The position numbers and the translations under genes were made by a program. This document shows, one piece after another, positions 47,222-58,100 of a DNA stretch of 64,000 bases. This DNA is from Patescibacteria group bacterium. GTDB taxonomy: Bacteria; Patescibacteriota; Minisyncoccia; Ryanbacterales; GWA2-47-10b. The first letter of the stretch is position 1; every line of letters starts with the position of its first letter. Where the stretch lies: the NCBI GenBank assembly GCA_038064855.1, contig JBBTSE010000002.1, positions 72,815 to 136,814 of the forward strand, read 5' to 3'. The notes below the pieces were generated by a model, which had not been told where the DNA came from, did not search any database, and saw only the letters and a list, made by a program, of their open reading frames with translations.

Positions 47222-48841
47222 ATGGAACGCAATCTCCGTACCTATATAGAAGACATTTTGCATCGCGAGATCGGCTCGGACGTGCCTTTTTCGGTTGAGC
47301 GCCAAGAAATGGAGGGTCGGGGAGACTATTCGTCAAACATCGCACTCGTACGCGCCAAAGTTGAGAAGCGTTTGCCTATGGCGGTTGCCGAAGATATTGC
47401 CTCACGCATCAAAGAAAAACATTTGCCTGTTTTCAGTAAGATTGAGGCAGCTGCTCCCGGCTTTTTAAATTTTTATTTTGACAAACAATACTTGATCGAG
47501 ATTTTGCGTGATTCTTTTGTGTCAGAACCAAAGCTCAAGCTCGGTACGGCATCGGTAGAATATATCTCTGCCAATCCTACGGGCCCCATGCATATTGGCA
47601 ACGCGCGGTCAGGGCCCATCGGCGATGTGGTCGCAAACTTGTTGGCAGATCGCGGATACAAAGTAGTGCGTGAATATTTTCACAATGACGCAGGCGCGCA
47701 GATTGGCCGCTTTGCTGATTCACTGTGGCATTGGTATATGATCGCGTGTGGAGAGCAGTCGGTGCTGGCAGAAGATGGCTACCAGGGCGAGTACATCCAA
47801 GAGATGGGCAAAGCCGTGCACAAAAAATACGGCGCCAAGATTTTAAAAAAACCCGATCTGTACAAAGAGCGCATCACCAAGGTTGCACTCGCAAGCATGC
47901 TCAAAGACAATCTGGCATTGGCAAAGCGTATGGGTATTGTCTTTGACAAGGTTGTCGCGGAAAGTGACCTTGAGGCGAAGACCAAACGCGCGCTCGCCCT
48001 GCTCGATAAAAAAGGATTGCTGACCAAAAAAGAGGGTGCAGTGTGGTTTACACCTAAAGATGACAATCTGGGCGAGCGCGAATCGGTCGTGATCAAGAGT
48101 GATGGCACCTATGTATATTTTGCGGGTGATATTGCGTATCACGCAGAAAAATTTAAGCGTGCTGACTTGGTGGTAGACGAGCTCGGTGAGAATCACGAAG
48201 GTCATGTACCCAAGCTTCGCGCAATCGCTGACGCGTTTGATTTCCTGCAAAAAGATTTCAAGGTAGTGGTGCACGGGCAGGTGACGCTCAAAAAAGACGG
48301 GCAGGTGGTATCAATGGCCAAGCGCAAGGGCAACTTTGTTACGGCCGAAGAACTGCTCGATACGGTGGGCAAGGATGCCTTCCGGTTTTTTATGCTGCAG
48401 TACGCGCCGCGATCCGCCATGACCTTTGATATGGATTTGGCGCGGGCAAAGTCAAAAGACAATCCTGTCTACTATATACAGTATGCGCATGCGCGCGCCT
48501 CGAGTATCCTCAAAAAGGCGGGATACCACCAAAAACGCAAGATAAATTATAAAAAAGTAGCATGGCCGCTTCTTGATACTGAGGCCGAATGGGCGATCAT
48601 TCGCATGATCTTGGCGTTACCTGATGTGATCAATCAAACTGCCGAAGATTTTCAATTGCAGCGCCTCTCGCGCTTTGCGCTCGATTTCGCGCGTGCCTTT
48701 ACGCATTTCTATGAAACGACGCATGTAATAGGCGAGCGCGCTGATCTTGAATATGCGCGCCTCGCGCTCGTATCACTCTTTCGCGAGACCATGCAACGGC
48801 AGTGTAAACTCATGGGGATTTCTACTCCTGATACGATGTAA
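47222..48841 (+). CDS. argS: Arginine--tRNA ligase
   Basis: SANPTGPMHIGN, NDAGAQ, YYIQYAHAR. Confidence 0.97.
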   Translation: MERNLRTYIEDILHREIGSDVPFSVERQEMEGRGDYSSNIALVRAKVEKRLPMAVAEDIASRIKEKHLPVFSKIEAAAPGFLNFYFDKQYLIEILRDSFVSEPKLKLGTASVEYISANPTGPMHIGNARSGPIGDVVANLLADRGYKVVREYFHNDAGAQIGRFADSLWHWYMIACGEQSVLAEDGYQGEYIQEMGKAVHKKYGAKILKKPDLYKERITKVALASMLKDNLALAKRMGIVFDKVVAESDLEAKTKRALALLDKKGLLTKKEGAVWFTPKDDNLGERESVVIKSDGTYVYFAGDIAYHAEKFKRADLVVDELGENHEGHVPKLRAIADAFDFLQKDFKVVVHGQVTLKKDGQVVSMAKRKGNFVTAEELLDTVGKDAFRFFMLQYAPRSAMTFDMDLARAKSKDNPVYYIQYAHARASSILKKAGYHQKRKINYKKVAWPLLDTEAEWAIIRMILALPDVINQTAEDFQLQRLSRFALDFARAFTHFYETTHVIGERADLEYARLALVSLFRETMQRQCKLMGISTPDTM

Positions 48842-48880
48842 ACAGTTGCGTCTCTAAAAAAAATCGTTTAGTATTTCTCT

Positions 48881-49576
48881 ATGGATATGCAACAACCACG
48901 CAATGTTATTATCGGACTTCTCGCGCTCTTCGTTGTGTTCGGGGGAGTTGTTTGGCTTGGTACGAGCAAGCCTGCGACAAATGACGCAGGTACTGCCTCG
49001 CTGACTGATCAGGCCGCACCACCACCTCCAGAAGTATCAGTAGGGCCCGAGGTTATACAATTTCAAGGAAAAACTGTGAAAGCAACAATCAAAACACAAA
49101 AAGGTGATATCGAGCTCGAGCTTTACCCAGAGGTAGCACCGAAGACCGTATCAAATTTTGTCACTCTTTCAAAGAAAGGATTTTACAACGGTCTTATCTT
49201 TCACCGTGTAATCGCCGGCTTTATGGCACAGGGCGGTGATCCATCAGGCAATGGCACAGGCGGCCCTGGTTATGAGTTTGAAGATGAGATAAATCCCAAG
49301 ATACTCGGTGTACCCGCAGAGATGATCGTGGGATTAGAAGGCGCTGGCTACAAATATAACTATGATCTCAAATCAATGAAAAATGATGTCGGCGCTATCT
49401 CGATGGCAAACCGTGGTCCCAATACCAACGGCAGTCAATTTTTCATCATCACCGAGAGCGCGCAACCACATCTTGATGGTCGTCACACGGTATTTGGTCG
49501 CGTGACCAAGGGCATGGAGGTAGTCTTGAAGCTCGCCGAGGGCGACGCGATGACTGAGGTCACGATAGCTGAATAG
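48881..49576 (+). CDS. Membrane-anchored cyclophilin-type peptidyl-prolyl isomerase
   Basis: [33 protein letters not shown]; N-terminal TM. Confidence 0.96.
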   Translation: MDMQQPRNVIIGLLALFVVFGGVVWLGTSKPATNDAGTASLTDQAAPPPPEVSVGPEVIQFQGKTVKATIKTQKGDIELELYPEVAPKTVSNFVTLSKKGFYNGLIFHRVIAGFMAQGGDPSGNGTGGPGYEFEDEINPKILGVPAEMIVGLEGAGYKYNYDLKSMKNDVGAISMANRGPNTNGSQFFIITESAQPHLDGRHTVFGRVTKGMEVVLKLAEGDAMTEVTIAE

Positions 49577-49593
49577 TCACAAAACAGAGTAAG

Positions 49594-49622
49594 TCAAAAA
49601 CCCCGCGTGCGCGGGGTTTTGA
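49594..49622 (+). terminator. Terminator after cyclophilin
   Basis: aaaaccccgcg-tg-cgcggggtttt. Confidence 0.7.
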
Positions 49623-49659
49623 TATTGAAAAAGGCGTTAACTTCGATTAGAATAAAAAA

Positions 49660-52600
49660 ATGCGAGATGAGCTTGGCGTCCTTGGATTCTGGACCCAGAA
49701 AAACATTTTTGAGAAAAGCATTAAGCAGCGCGCTCGGGCAAAGCGCTTTGTTTTTTTTGAGGGGCCACCCACGGCAAATGGCATGCCTGGCCTTCATCAC
49801 GTGGAAGCGCGCGCGTTCAAAGATGTCGTCGCGCGGTACAAGACTATGCAGGGTTTTTTGGTTGAGCGGCGCGCAGGGTGGGATACCCACGGTCTTCCCG
49901 TCGAGATTGGCGTTGAGAAGGCGCTTGGTTTTAAATTAAAACAAGAGATTGATGCGTACGGCATCGAGCCGTTTAATCGCAAATGTAAAGAATCAGTTTG
50001 GCTCTATACCAATCAATGGGAGAAGGTGACCGAGCGTATGGGGTATTGGATTGATACCAAACATCCCTATATCACCTATAAAAATTCATATATCGAATCA
50101 CTTTGGCATATCGTCAAAGAGTTTAACGCGGGTAAGCTCCTCTATCAGGATGACAAAGTGGTGCCGTGGTGCGCGCGTTGTGGCACGGCATTATCATCAC
50201 ATGAGCTCGCGCAAGGATATAAAAAAGTAAAAGATCAGTCAGTCTATGTACGCTTTCGTCTCAAGACGCGCAGAGCATCGCTCCTTGTATGGACCACCAC
50301 GCCATGGACGCTGCCTGCCAATGTGGCAGCGGCTGTGCATCCTGAGCTCGAATATGTAACTATCGATGACCGGGGCGAGCAGCTTATCATGCTCGGATCT
50401 TTGGCATCAAAACTTTTCCCGGGTCTCGAACCGTTGTGGCGCGAACCGGGCTCGAAGCTCTTGGGTCTTGAATACGATCCGCCCTATCCGGCGCCCGACA
50501 TTCCCTATCGTGTGGTTGGCGGTACTTTTATCACCGATCAAGAAGGTACGGGTATCGTGCATATCGCTCCTGCGTTTGGTGATGACGACCTCAAAGTAGG
50601 CAAACGTGAAGGATTGCCCACGTTTGTAACCGTTGATGATGCGGGCAAATTTACCAAGGCAGTACCGCAGTGGGAGGGGATGTTTGTCAAAGAAGCCGAT
50701 CCGCTTGTCGTAAAAGATTTGATACAAAAGGGGCTTTTATTCAAAGAGGCACTCTACGAACATGATTATCCGTTTTGCTGGCGATGTGATACGCCGCTTA
50801 TCTATCGTGTACGCAAGTCATGGTGGGTGAAGGTGAGCGCCGTGCGCCCCAAGATGGTAGAGGCAAATAAATCGATCAATTGGCATCCGGCACATTTGCG
50901 CGATGGGCGTTTTGGTCAATGGCTCAAAGAAGATAAAGATTGGGCATTTAGCCGCGAGCGCTATTGGGGCACGCCATTACCGGTATGGTCGTGCAAAGAG
51001 TGCGATCGCAAGGATGTGTTTGGCTCAATCGCGGAAATCTCTGAGCGCGCGCCCAAATCTACTAATACGTATTTCTTGATGCGCCATGGGTTTGCAAAAA
51101 ATAACTTACTTGGTATCGCAACCGCCAAGCTCAATAACTCATACGGTCTTATGCCGCGCGGCAAGACCGAGGTAAAAAAAGCGGCAGCGGGTTTAAAGAA
51201 GGCGGGCATTCAGCTTATTATTTCATCAGACCTTACGCGCACGCGCGAGACTGCGGCTATTTTGGCGCGCGAACTTCGGGTACCAGTTTTGTACGATGCT
51301 GACTTGCGTGAACACAACCATGGTGATTATGAGGGTGATGCTATCGAAGACATCTGGAAAAAGCATACGGCCGAAGAAATCCTCAAACATCCCTTTCCAG
51401 GAGGCGAGTCATGGGCAGATGTAAAAAAACGCAGTTATCGTTTTTTTCAAAGACTCGAGACATTACATAAGAAGAAAAAGATTTTGGTGGTGGGCCACGG
51501 CGATCCGCTATGGTTTTTAGAGGCGATTATGCGCGGCACGCAACAGCCTGATGAATTTTCACCAGCAAAATATCTCAAAAATGCCGATGTACATCGTATC
51601 GTACCCGTGGCGGTGCCGCGCAATGAGTTTGGTGAGACGGATCTTCACAAACCGTTTATCGATGAGTTTCCGGTAATGTGTTCGGGGTGCCTGACGCGCA
51701 TGGAACGTACACCTGAGGTTGCTGATGTGTGGTTTGATTCGGGTGCCATGCCATTTGCCGCACAGCACTATCCGTTTGAAAACAAAGCGCTTATCGATAA
51801 GGGCACGGCGTATCCTGCAGATTTTATCTCCGAGGCGATTGATCAGACGCGCGGGTGGTTTTATACGCTCCTTGCAGTCTCGACATTGCTTGGCAAAAAA
51901 GCTCCCTATAAAAATGTTATTTCACTCGGGCATTTGCTGGATAAAGAAGGAAAGAAGATGTCAAAGTCTCGCGGCAATGTGGTGGAGCCCATGGATCTTT
52001 TTGAAAAATATGGCGCTGATGCAGTGCGTTGGTATTTCTTTACTATCAATCAGCCTGGCGACTCAAAGCTCTTTGATGTTTCTGATCTTGAAAAATCAAA
52101 ACGAACATTCATCGATCTCTTTCTCAATACGCTCAATTTCTACGAGATGTATAAACCGGTCGCCAAAAAAACATCACGCAAGAATGCTCTTGATGCGTGG
52201 ATGGAGGCGAAGTCTGCCCAAGTAAGCGCCGAGGTCGCACGCCGCATGGATGCGTATGATGTGGTTGGCGCGGCGCGCCTCATCGAAGATTTTGTGGGCA
52301 ATGATATTTCACGTTGGTATGTACGCCGGTCGCGCGAACGCATGCGCTCAGGCGAGGGTGTTGAGATTTTGCGCAAAACGCTTTTGCAGACCGCAGTGCT
52401 CGCAGCTCCTTTTGTGCCGTTTACCGCGGAGATCGTATACCGAGCTGCCGGCGGCAAGCGCGAGAGCGTGCATCTTGAGGATTGGCCAAAGAAACGCGCG
52501 CATAACAAGGCGCTCGTGAGCGGTATGGACGAAGTGCGTGCGCTTGCCGCACGCGGCCTTGAACTCCGTGCGCGCGCCGGTATCAAAGTGCGCCAGCCGC

Positions 52601-52959
52601 TTGCGTCCCTTATGGTTAAAGGCATTACCGTGCGTGATGCATCTCTTCTCGATATTTTAAAAGAAGAACTCAATGTCAAAGATGTGGTGGTCAATAAAAA
52701 ATTAACAGAAGATGCGGCACTCGATACCGTAATATCACCCGAACTCAAAGAAGAAGGCGAGGTGCGTGAGCTTATCCGTTTTGCTCAAGACGCTCGTAAA
52801 AAGGCAGGTCTCCAGCCGCTCGATACGGTAACGCTCACTATTACGGGCAATTTTTCCGCAGCCGCACTCGCGGCCATCAAAAAGGGCACGCGCGCCAAGC
52901 GTCTGGAAGTTGCCGATACAAACAAAGGCCCCAGTGTTGTCTCGGTCGAAAAGGTGTAG
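49660..52959 (+). CDS. ileS: Isoleucine--tRNA ligase type 2 with inserted histidine phosphatase domain
   Basis: EGPPTANG, GWDTHGLP, WTTTPWTL, SRERYWGTP, DQTRGWF, KMSKS; RHG insert. Confidence 0.97.
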   Translation: MRDELGVLGFWTQKNIFEKSIKQRARAKRFVFFEGPPTANGMPGLHHVEARAFKDVVARYKTMQGFLVERRAGWDTHGLPVEIGVEKALGFKLKQEIDAYGIEPFNRKCKESVWLYTNQWEKVTERMGYWIDTKHPYITYKNSYIESLWHIVKEFNAGKLLYQDDKVVPWCARCGTALSSHELAQGYKKVKDQSVYVRFRLKTRRASLLVWTTTPWTLPANVAAAVHPELEYVTIDDRGEQLIMLGSLASKLFPGLEPLWREPGSKLLGLEYDPPYPAPDIPYRVVGGTFITDQEGTGIVHIAPAFGDDDLKVGKREGLPTFVTVDDAGKFTKAVPQWEGMFVKEADPLVVKDLIQKGLLFKEALYEHDYPFCWRCDTPLIYRVRKSWWVKVSAVRPKMVEANKSINWHPAHLRDGRFGQWLKEDKDWAFSRERYWGTPLPVWSCKECDRKDVFGSIAEISERAPKSTNTYFLMRHGFAKNNLLGIATAKLNNSYGLMPRGKTEVKKAAAGLKKAGIQLIISSDLTRTRETAAILARELRVPVLYDADLREHNHGDYEGDAIEDIWKKHTAEEILKHPFPGGESWADVKKRSYRFFQRLETLHKKKKILVVGHGDPLWFLEAIMRGTQQPDEFSPAKYLKNADVHRIVPVAVPRNEFGETDLHKPFIDEFPVMCSGCLTRMERTPEVADVWFDSGAMPFAAQHYPFENKALIDKGTAYPADFISEAIDQTRGWFYTLLAVSTLLGKKAPYKNVISLGHLLDKEGKKMSKSRGNVVEPMDLFEKYGADAVRWYFFTINQPGDSKLFDVSDLEKSKRTFIDLFLNTLNFYEMYKPVAKKTSRKNALDAWMEAKSAQVSAEVARRMDAYDVVGAARLIEDFVGNDISRWYVRRSRERMRSGEGVEILRKTLLQTAVLAAPFVPFTAEIVYRAAGGKRESVHLEDWPKKRAHNKALVSGMDEVRALAARGLELRARAGIKVRQPLASLMVKGITVRDASLLDILKEELNVKDVVVNKKLTEDAALDTVISPELKEEGEVRELIRFAQDARKKAGLQPLDTVTLTITGNFSAAALAAIKKGTRAKRLEVADTNKGPSVVSVEKV

Positions 52960-52961
52960 TC

Positions 52962-53531
52962 ATGACCGGGTACTACGGCACCGATGCCATTATACTTGCT
53001 TCGCGCGAGCGGGGGGAGGCTGACGCGTATCTTACTTTTTTTACTAAAGACTTGGGTCGCGTGAGCGCGATTGCTACGGGCGTGCGTCTTGCTAAGTCAA
53101 AGCTTCGTGGGCATTTGAGGCTCTTTATCCCGTTGCGCTTGATGCTCACGCGAGGCAGTACCGTATGGCGCGTGATAGACGCGGAAGCTTTAGGGTCAGG
53201 CGATGAGGGAGCGACCGCGTATCACAAGCGCTGCGCTGATTTTGTATTACGCATGACGGGCGATGAATCTCCCGATCTCGATTTGTGGGACGCGATACTC
53301 GATATAGCAGGCGTACGATATTTTTCCGGCGAGATGCGCTTTAAGTTGCGTGTACTCGAGATTAGCGGGTTTTTGCCGGACGCCCCCGAGCAGAGTAAAT
53401 TTTTTACGGCAAAAGCGAGAGCATTTATAGCACATCGGGCGGATGATGCGCTCTTTGCAGATCACGATGAATGCACCGCGTTTGAAGAGGGCATCGAGGG
53501 GATACTACGCGCCAATCACATGCTATACTAG
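52962..53531 (+). CDS. recO: DNA repair protein RecO
   Basis: GEAD....FT..LG...A.GVR..KSKL. Confidence 0.85.
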   Translation: MTGYYGTDAIILASRERGEADAYLTFFTKDLGRVSAIATGVRLAKSKLRGHLRLFIPLRLMLTRGSTVWRVIDAEALGSGDEGATAYHKRCADFVLRMTGDESPDLDLWDAILDIAGVRYFSGEMRFKLRVLEISGFLPDAPEQSKFFTAKARAFIAHRADDALFADHDECTAFEEGIEGILRANHMLY

Positions 53532-53535
53532 TGAC

Positions 53536-55431
53536 ATGGCGCTCGACGATCTACGGCGACGGCTTTTCAAAAAAGGCGAGGGGTTCGAAGACCGCGAGCA
53601 TTCGTGGCGTCTTCGCAGGCACAATACACAAGCACCGGTGTCATGGAAAGCGGAGCCCGTAGTCGAGGAAGATTCTATGCAAAAATTTCTTCGTAAACTT
53701 TTATGGTGGGGTATCGGTGGGGGGATAGGGACCATTGCGGTTGTTATGTTTGGATATTTACTGATTTCAGGGAAATGGTCTGTTCTCGGCGTTGATACGC
53801 GTAAAAATATCAATCTTACTGTTGAAACTGCCGACGACCCTATCGCCGGCAAAAAACTCGTGTGGCGTGTTGTGTACGAAAACAAAAATGATATCGCGCT
53901 CGACAAAGCAGTACTTGTTTTCGCATATCCGCCCATGTCACAGCCGTTGGCAGGTGAGTACATGAAGGGCGGCTTGCGCCCCGAACGCAGAGAGCTCGGT
54001 ACTATAAATCCCGGCGATAAAAAAGAAGAGTTGTTTTCAGCAATCGTGTTTGGCGCGCAAGATGAGGTTTTAAAGGGGCAGGCAAAAATCGAGTACCGAC
54101 CACGCGATTCGTCGGTACTACTCGCCAAAGAAACGCCGTATTCATCTTCGGTCAAAGGATCACTCTTGGGTCTTGAGCTCCTACTACCTAAAGAGCTCAA
54201 AGCGGGTCAGCAGATCGAAGCACAACTGTCGCTCGTCTCGAGTGCTGAGACACCATTTCGTGGTATATCGATTGAGATGATGTATCCTGACGCATTTGAG
54301 TTTATCTCATCAAGCATCAAGCCAACAAAAGGTACTACGATTTGGACGATAGGAGATCTGGGTAAGGGGGATACCTTTAAGCTTTCTATTAAAGGACGCA
54401 TCAAAGATTCCATAGCGCCCAAATCAATGAAGGCAAAAGTAGGTGTCTACGATCGTACCAAAAACGAGTTTGATGTTTTTACCTCATCGGAAAAAACATT
54501 TACAGTGACGCCACCGCTTTTAGTGACAAAACTTACTATTAATTCTGACGGCGATATTGATACGGGGGTATTGCTTGCCGGTGCGACGGTCAACGGTGTT
54601 CTCGAATGGCGGAACAATCTTCCCGTGGCCATTTCCAACGCTACGGTCGAAGTCGTGTTTGAGGGTGAGGCGTTTGATATCAAAACGCTCATGAGCGATC
54701 GTGGCGAGTTTGATCAGGGTCGCAATTCTTTGCGATGGGTGCCGGGGCGCATTCCCGAGCTTTTGGTGGTAGATCCGAGTGAGAGCGGTACTTTTGCATT
54801 TAGTATTACAAGTAAAAAAACGATTAGCGTGCGCAATCCTACGCTTGTGTTTCGTTCGACCATGCAGACGCGCGAACTTCCATCAGGATATGAGGGGGTA
54901 GATATTTCAGGTGAAGAACGGGTGACCTATAAACTTGCTACGCGCGCTTCGTTTTCTCAAAAAGGGTATTACTATGACTCGCGCATTCAAAACTCGGGTC
55001 CCTTCCCACCTCGCGTTGGGCAAGAGTCGACATACCTTATTGTTTGGTCAGTAACCAATGCGACCAACGATCTTACCGACGCCGTTGTACATGCGACTCT
55101 ACCTTCCTTTGTGCGTTGGAAGGGTGTTGTCGATCCGCCGTCGGGTGCACTTATCACCTTTGATGAATCAACGCGCGAGATATCATGGTTGCCGGGAGCG
55201 ATATCTGCAGGTACGGGTACTGCGGATCGCGCGCGTGAAGTAGCGTTTCAAGTAGCATTTACCCCATCACTCCCGCAGGCAGGGCGGCCCGCAGAGCTTG
55301 TATCTGCGGCAAAATTTGAAGCGCGCGATTCGTTTGCTAATATTACTATTACACAAGTAACAGATCGCGCCACTACCGCCCTGCGTGATGATCCGCGCGC
55401 ATTTCGTGAGGGAGGAGAGGTAGAAGAATAG
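53536..55431 (+). CDS. Single-TM exported protein with repeated beta-sandwich (DUF11-like) domains
   Basis: N-terminal TM; W.IGDL..G, GPFPPRVGQ.STY.I.W motifs. Confidence 0.8.
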   Translation: MALDDLRRRLFKKGEGFEDREHSWRLRRHNTQAPVSWKAEPVVEEDSMQKFLRKLLWWGIGGGIGTIAVVMFGYLLISGKWSVLGVDTRKNINLTVETADDPIAGKKLVWRVVYENKNDIALDKAVLVFAYPPMSQPLAGEYMKGGLRPERRELGTINPGDKKEELFSAIVFGAQDEVLKGQAKIEYRPRDSSVLLAKETPYSSSVKGSLLGLELLLPKELKAGQQIEAQLSLVSSAETPFRGISIEMMYPDAFEFISSSIKPTKGTTIWTIGDLGKGDTFKLSIKGRIKDSIAPKSMKAKVGVYDRTKNEFDVFTSSEKTFTVTPPLLVTKLTINSDGDIDTGVLLAGATVNGVLEWRNNLPVAISNATVEVVFEGEAFDIKTLMSDRGEFDQGRNSLRWVPGRIPELLVVDPSESGTFAFSITSKKTISVRNPTLVFRSTMQTRELPSGYEGVDISGEERVTYKLATRASFSQKGYYYDSRIQNSGPFPPRVGQESTYLIVWSVTNATNDLTDAVVHATLPSFVRWKGVVDPPSGALITFDESTREISWLPGAISAGTGTADRAREVAFQVAFTPSLPQAGRPAELVSAAKFEARDSFANITITQVTDRATTALRDDPRAFREGGEVEE

Positions 55432-55468
55432 CGTTGGCATAATGCCACGCTCGTGCTAGGTTTTTGCT

Positions 55469-56764
55469 ATGACTTCACTCGAAACTATTGTATCGCTCGC
55501 AAAACGCAGGGGCTTTGTCTTCCCCGGGTCTGATATCTATGGCGGTCTTGCAGGTACTTGGGACTACGGTCCGCTTGGCGTTCTTCTCAAAGAAAATATT
55601 AAACGTGCGTGGTGGCGCGCCATGCGCAAGCCCCATATTTTCCCCCTTGATTCAGCGATTATATCAAGCGCTAAAGTGTGGCAGTCGTCAGGGCACACTG
55701 ATCACTTTACCGATCCACTCGTTGAGTGTCGCGTATGCAAACGCCGTTTTCGTACTGATCATATAGATGGTAGTAAATGTCCCGAATGCGGAGGGGTACT
55801 GGGCGAATCTCGCCAATTCAATATGATGTTCAAGACGCACGCGGGCGCCATCGAGGATGAATCAGCCGTGGCATATTTGCGCCCTGAGACCGCGCAGGGC
55901 ATTTTTATCAATTTTAAGAATGTCGTTGACGCGTTTCATCCCAAGCTCGCGTTTGGTATCGCGCAGATTGGCAAAGCCTTTCGCAATGAGATCACGCCGC
56001 GCAACTTCGTGTTTCGTTCGCGAGAGTTCGAGCAGATGGAGCTTGAGTATTTCTGCGATCCTAAAGATGCTGATCAATACTTTGCAGACATTCGCGCGAT
56101 GCGTATGCAATGGTTTTTGGATTTGGGCATCAAGGAAGAAAATTTGCGATTTCATGATTACGCGGCCGATGAGCTTGCGCACTATTCAAAAGCAACGACC
56201 GATATCGAATATCGCTTCGGTCTTTCGCAAGACGGTTTCTCGGAGCTCGAGGGCGTCGCTAACCGCACCGATTTTGATCTCAAAAATCATTTCCCAGGGT
56301 ATCGCTGGGCGGGGGACGACTTTACCAAATCTGACGCAGGATTTGTGCCCAATGTCATTGAACCATCGGTTGGCGTGGATCGCGCGTTTCTCGCGTTCAT
56401 GATTGATGCATATGATGAGGATGAGTTGGCGGGTGACAAGCGCGTGGTATTACGCCTTCATCCCAAGCTCGCGCCTATCACAGCCGCGATTTTCCCATTG
56501 GTATCGAACAAAGAGCATATCACCGCGAAGGCAAAAGAAGTTTTTGACATGCTTGGCCGCGAGTTTATGGTGCGTTGGGATGATATCGGCAATATCGGCA
56601 AGCGCTACCGCAGGCAAGATGAAATCGGCACCCCATGGTGCGTGACTATTGACTACCAAACACTTGAAGACGGTACGGTGACCGTGCGTGATCGCGATAC
56701 CGCAAAACAAGAGCGTATGGCAATCACAGAGATAGCAGGCATGTTTCAAGAAAAGCTTTTATAA
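55469..56764 (+). CDS. glyQS: Glycine--tRNA ligase (alpha2 type)
   Basis: KRRGF, YLRPETAQG, FRNEITP, REFEQME, IGKRYRRQDEIGTP. Confidence 0.97.
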   Translation: MTSLETIVSLAKRRGFVFPGSDIYGGLAGTWDYGPLGVLLKENIKRAWWRAMRKPHIFPLDSAIISSAKVWQSSGHTDHFTDPLVECRVCKRRFRTDHIDGSKCPECGGVLGESRQFNMMFKTHAGAIEDESAVAYLRPETAQGIFINFKNVVDAFHPKLAFGIAQIGKAFRNEITPRNFVFRSREFEQMELEYFCDPKDADQYFADIRAMRMQWFLDLGIKEENLRFHDYAADELAHYSKATTDIEYRFGLSQDGFSELEGVANRTDFDLKNHFPGYRWAGDDFTKSDAGFVPNVIEPSVGVDRAFLAFMIDAYDEDELAGDKRVVLRLHPKLAPITAAIFPLVSNKEHITAKAKEVFDMLGREFMVRWDDIGNIGKRYRRQDEIGTPWCVTIDYQTLEDGTVTVRDRDTAKQERMAITEIAGMFQEKLL

Positions 56765-56825
56765 ACATCTTTCCTCATGCTTTCGCCCCGCTTTCTTTTC
56801 GGGGTTTTTGTGATATGATGATGCT

Positions 56826-58100
56826 ATGAAATTTACCGAAAAGAAGTTTAAAAATGGCTTGCGCGCGATCGTCGCCCCCATGGAATCGACCCAGACGATT
56901 ACGATTTTGGTATTGGTAGGCACCGGTTCAAACTACGAGGCTAGAGACATCAGCGGCCTTTCGCACTTTCTCGAACATATGTTTTTTAAAGGTACTACCA
57001 AATATCCTAAGCCCGGTGAGCTCGACCGGCTACTCGACTCAGTAGGTGCTATCCACAATGCGTTTACTACACGCGAGGAGACGGGGTACTGGATCAAGGT
57101 AGACACCAAACAGTTTGATCTTGCTCTTTTGTTTGTTTCTGATATTTTGCAAAACGCGCTTCTCAAAGAAGAAGAGATCAATCGCGAGCGTGGCGTGATT
57201 TTAGAAGAGATGAAAATGTATTGGGACGACCCTCGTCGGCATGTGTGGTCGCTTTTTGAAGAGCTCGTGTACGGTGATAATGCGTACGGATGGGATGTGA
57301 TCGGTACTGCCGAGAATATTCGCACCATCAAGCGTTCGGATTTTTTGAAGTACTGGAAAAGCCAATATGTCGCACACAACACGGTAGTGACGGTCGCGGG
57401 TAATATATCAGAAGGCGAGACGCTACGCAAAATTGAAAAAGCATTTGGCAAGCTGCGTGTTGGCACGCCCGTAAAGGCAGCTGCGTACAAAGATCCAAAG
57501 TCCGGTCCACGCATGCGTCTTTTTGAAAAAAATACTGATCAATCACATATCGTGGTAGGTACGCTGGGGTATCCGCTCGAGAGTAAAGATCGTGTGGTTG
57601 CTGATGTGCTCTCGACTATTTTGGGTGGCTATATGAGCTCGCGTTTGTGGGCGGATATTCGGGGCAGGCACGGTCTCGCCTATGCTATTCGCGCGGGGCA
57701 TGATGCCTATCTCAAGACGGGTTATTTTGGTGCGTACGCGGGTGTACCGCATGAGCGCAGTATTGAAGTTGTCGAACGCATCGTAGGACACTTAGGAAAG
57801 ATCAAGCAGGGAGGCGTGACTGCCGAAGAACTTAAGCGCGCGAAAGATAACATCAAAGGACATCTTGCTATCTCGCTTGAATCGACTGACGAGGTCGCAT
57901 CATTTTTGGGTACGCAGGAGATCATGCTCGGTAAGATCAAAAAACCCGATGAGTTAATCAAAAAAGTTGACGCGGTTACGCGCCAAGATATTGCGCGCGT
58001 AGCAAAATCTTTGTTTCGCAAAGACAAACTATATCTCTCTATCATCGGTCCCAAACTTGAAAAAGGCCCGTATGAACAAATCCTCAAAAAAGCCCTATGA
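56826..58100 (+). CDS. M16 family zinc peptidase
   Basis: HFLEHMFFKGT, NAFT, SSRL. Confidence 0.95.
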   Translation: MKFTEKKFKNGLRAIVAPMESTQTITILVLVGTGSNYEARDISGLSHFLEHMFFKGTTKYPKPGELDRLLDSVGAIHNAFTTREETGYWIKVDTKQFDLALLFVSDILQNALLKEEEINRERGVILEEMKMYWDDPRRHVWSLFEELVYGDNAYGWDVIGTAENIRTIKRSDFLKYWKSQYVAHNTVVTVAGNISEGETLRKIEKAFGKLRVGTPVKAAAYKDPKSGPRMRLFEKNTDQSHIVVGTLGYPLESKDRVVADVLSTILGGYMSSRLWADIRGRHGLAYAIRAGHDAYLKTGYFGAYAGVPHERSIEVVERIVGHLGKIKQGGVTAEELKRAKDNIKGHLAISLESTDEVASFLGTQEIMLGKIKKPDELIKKVDAVTRQDIARVAKSLFRKDKLYLSIIGPKLEKGPYEQILKKAL

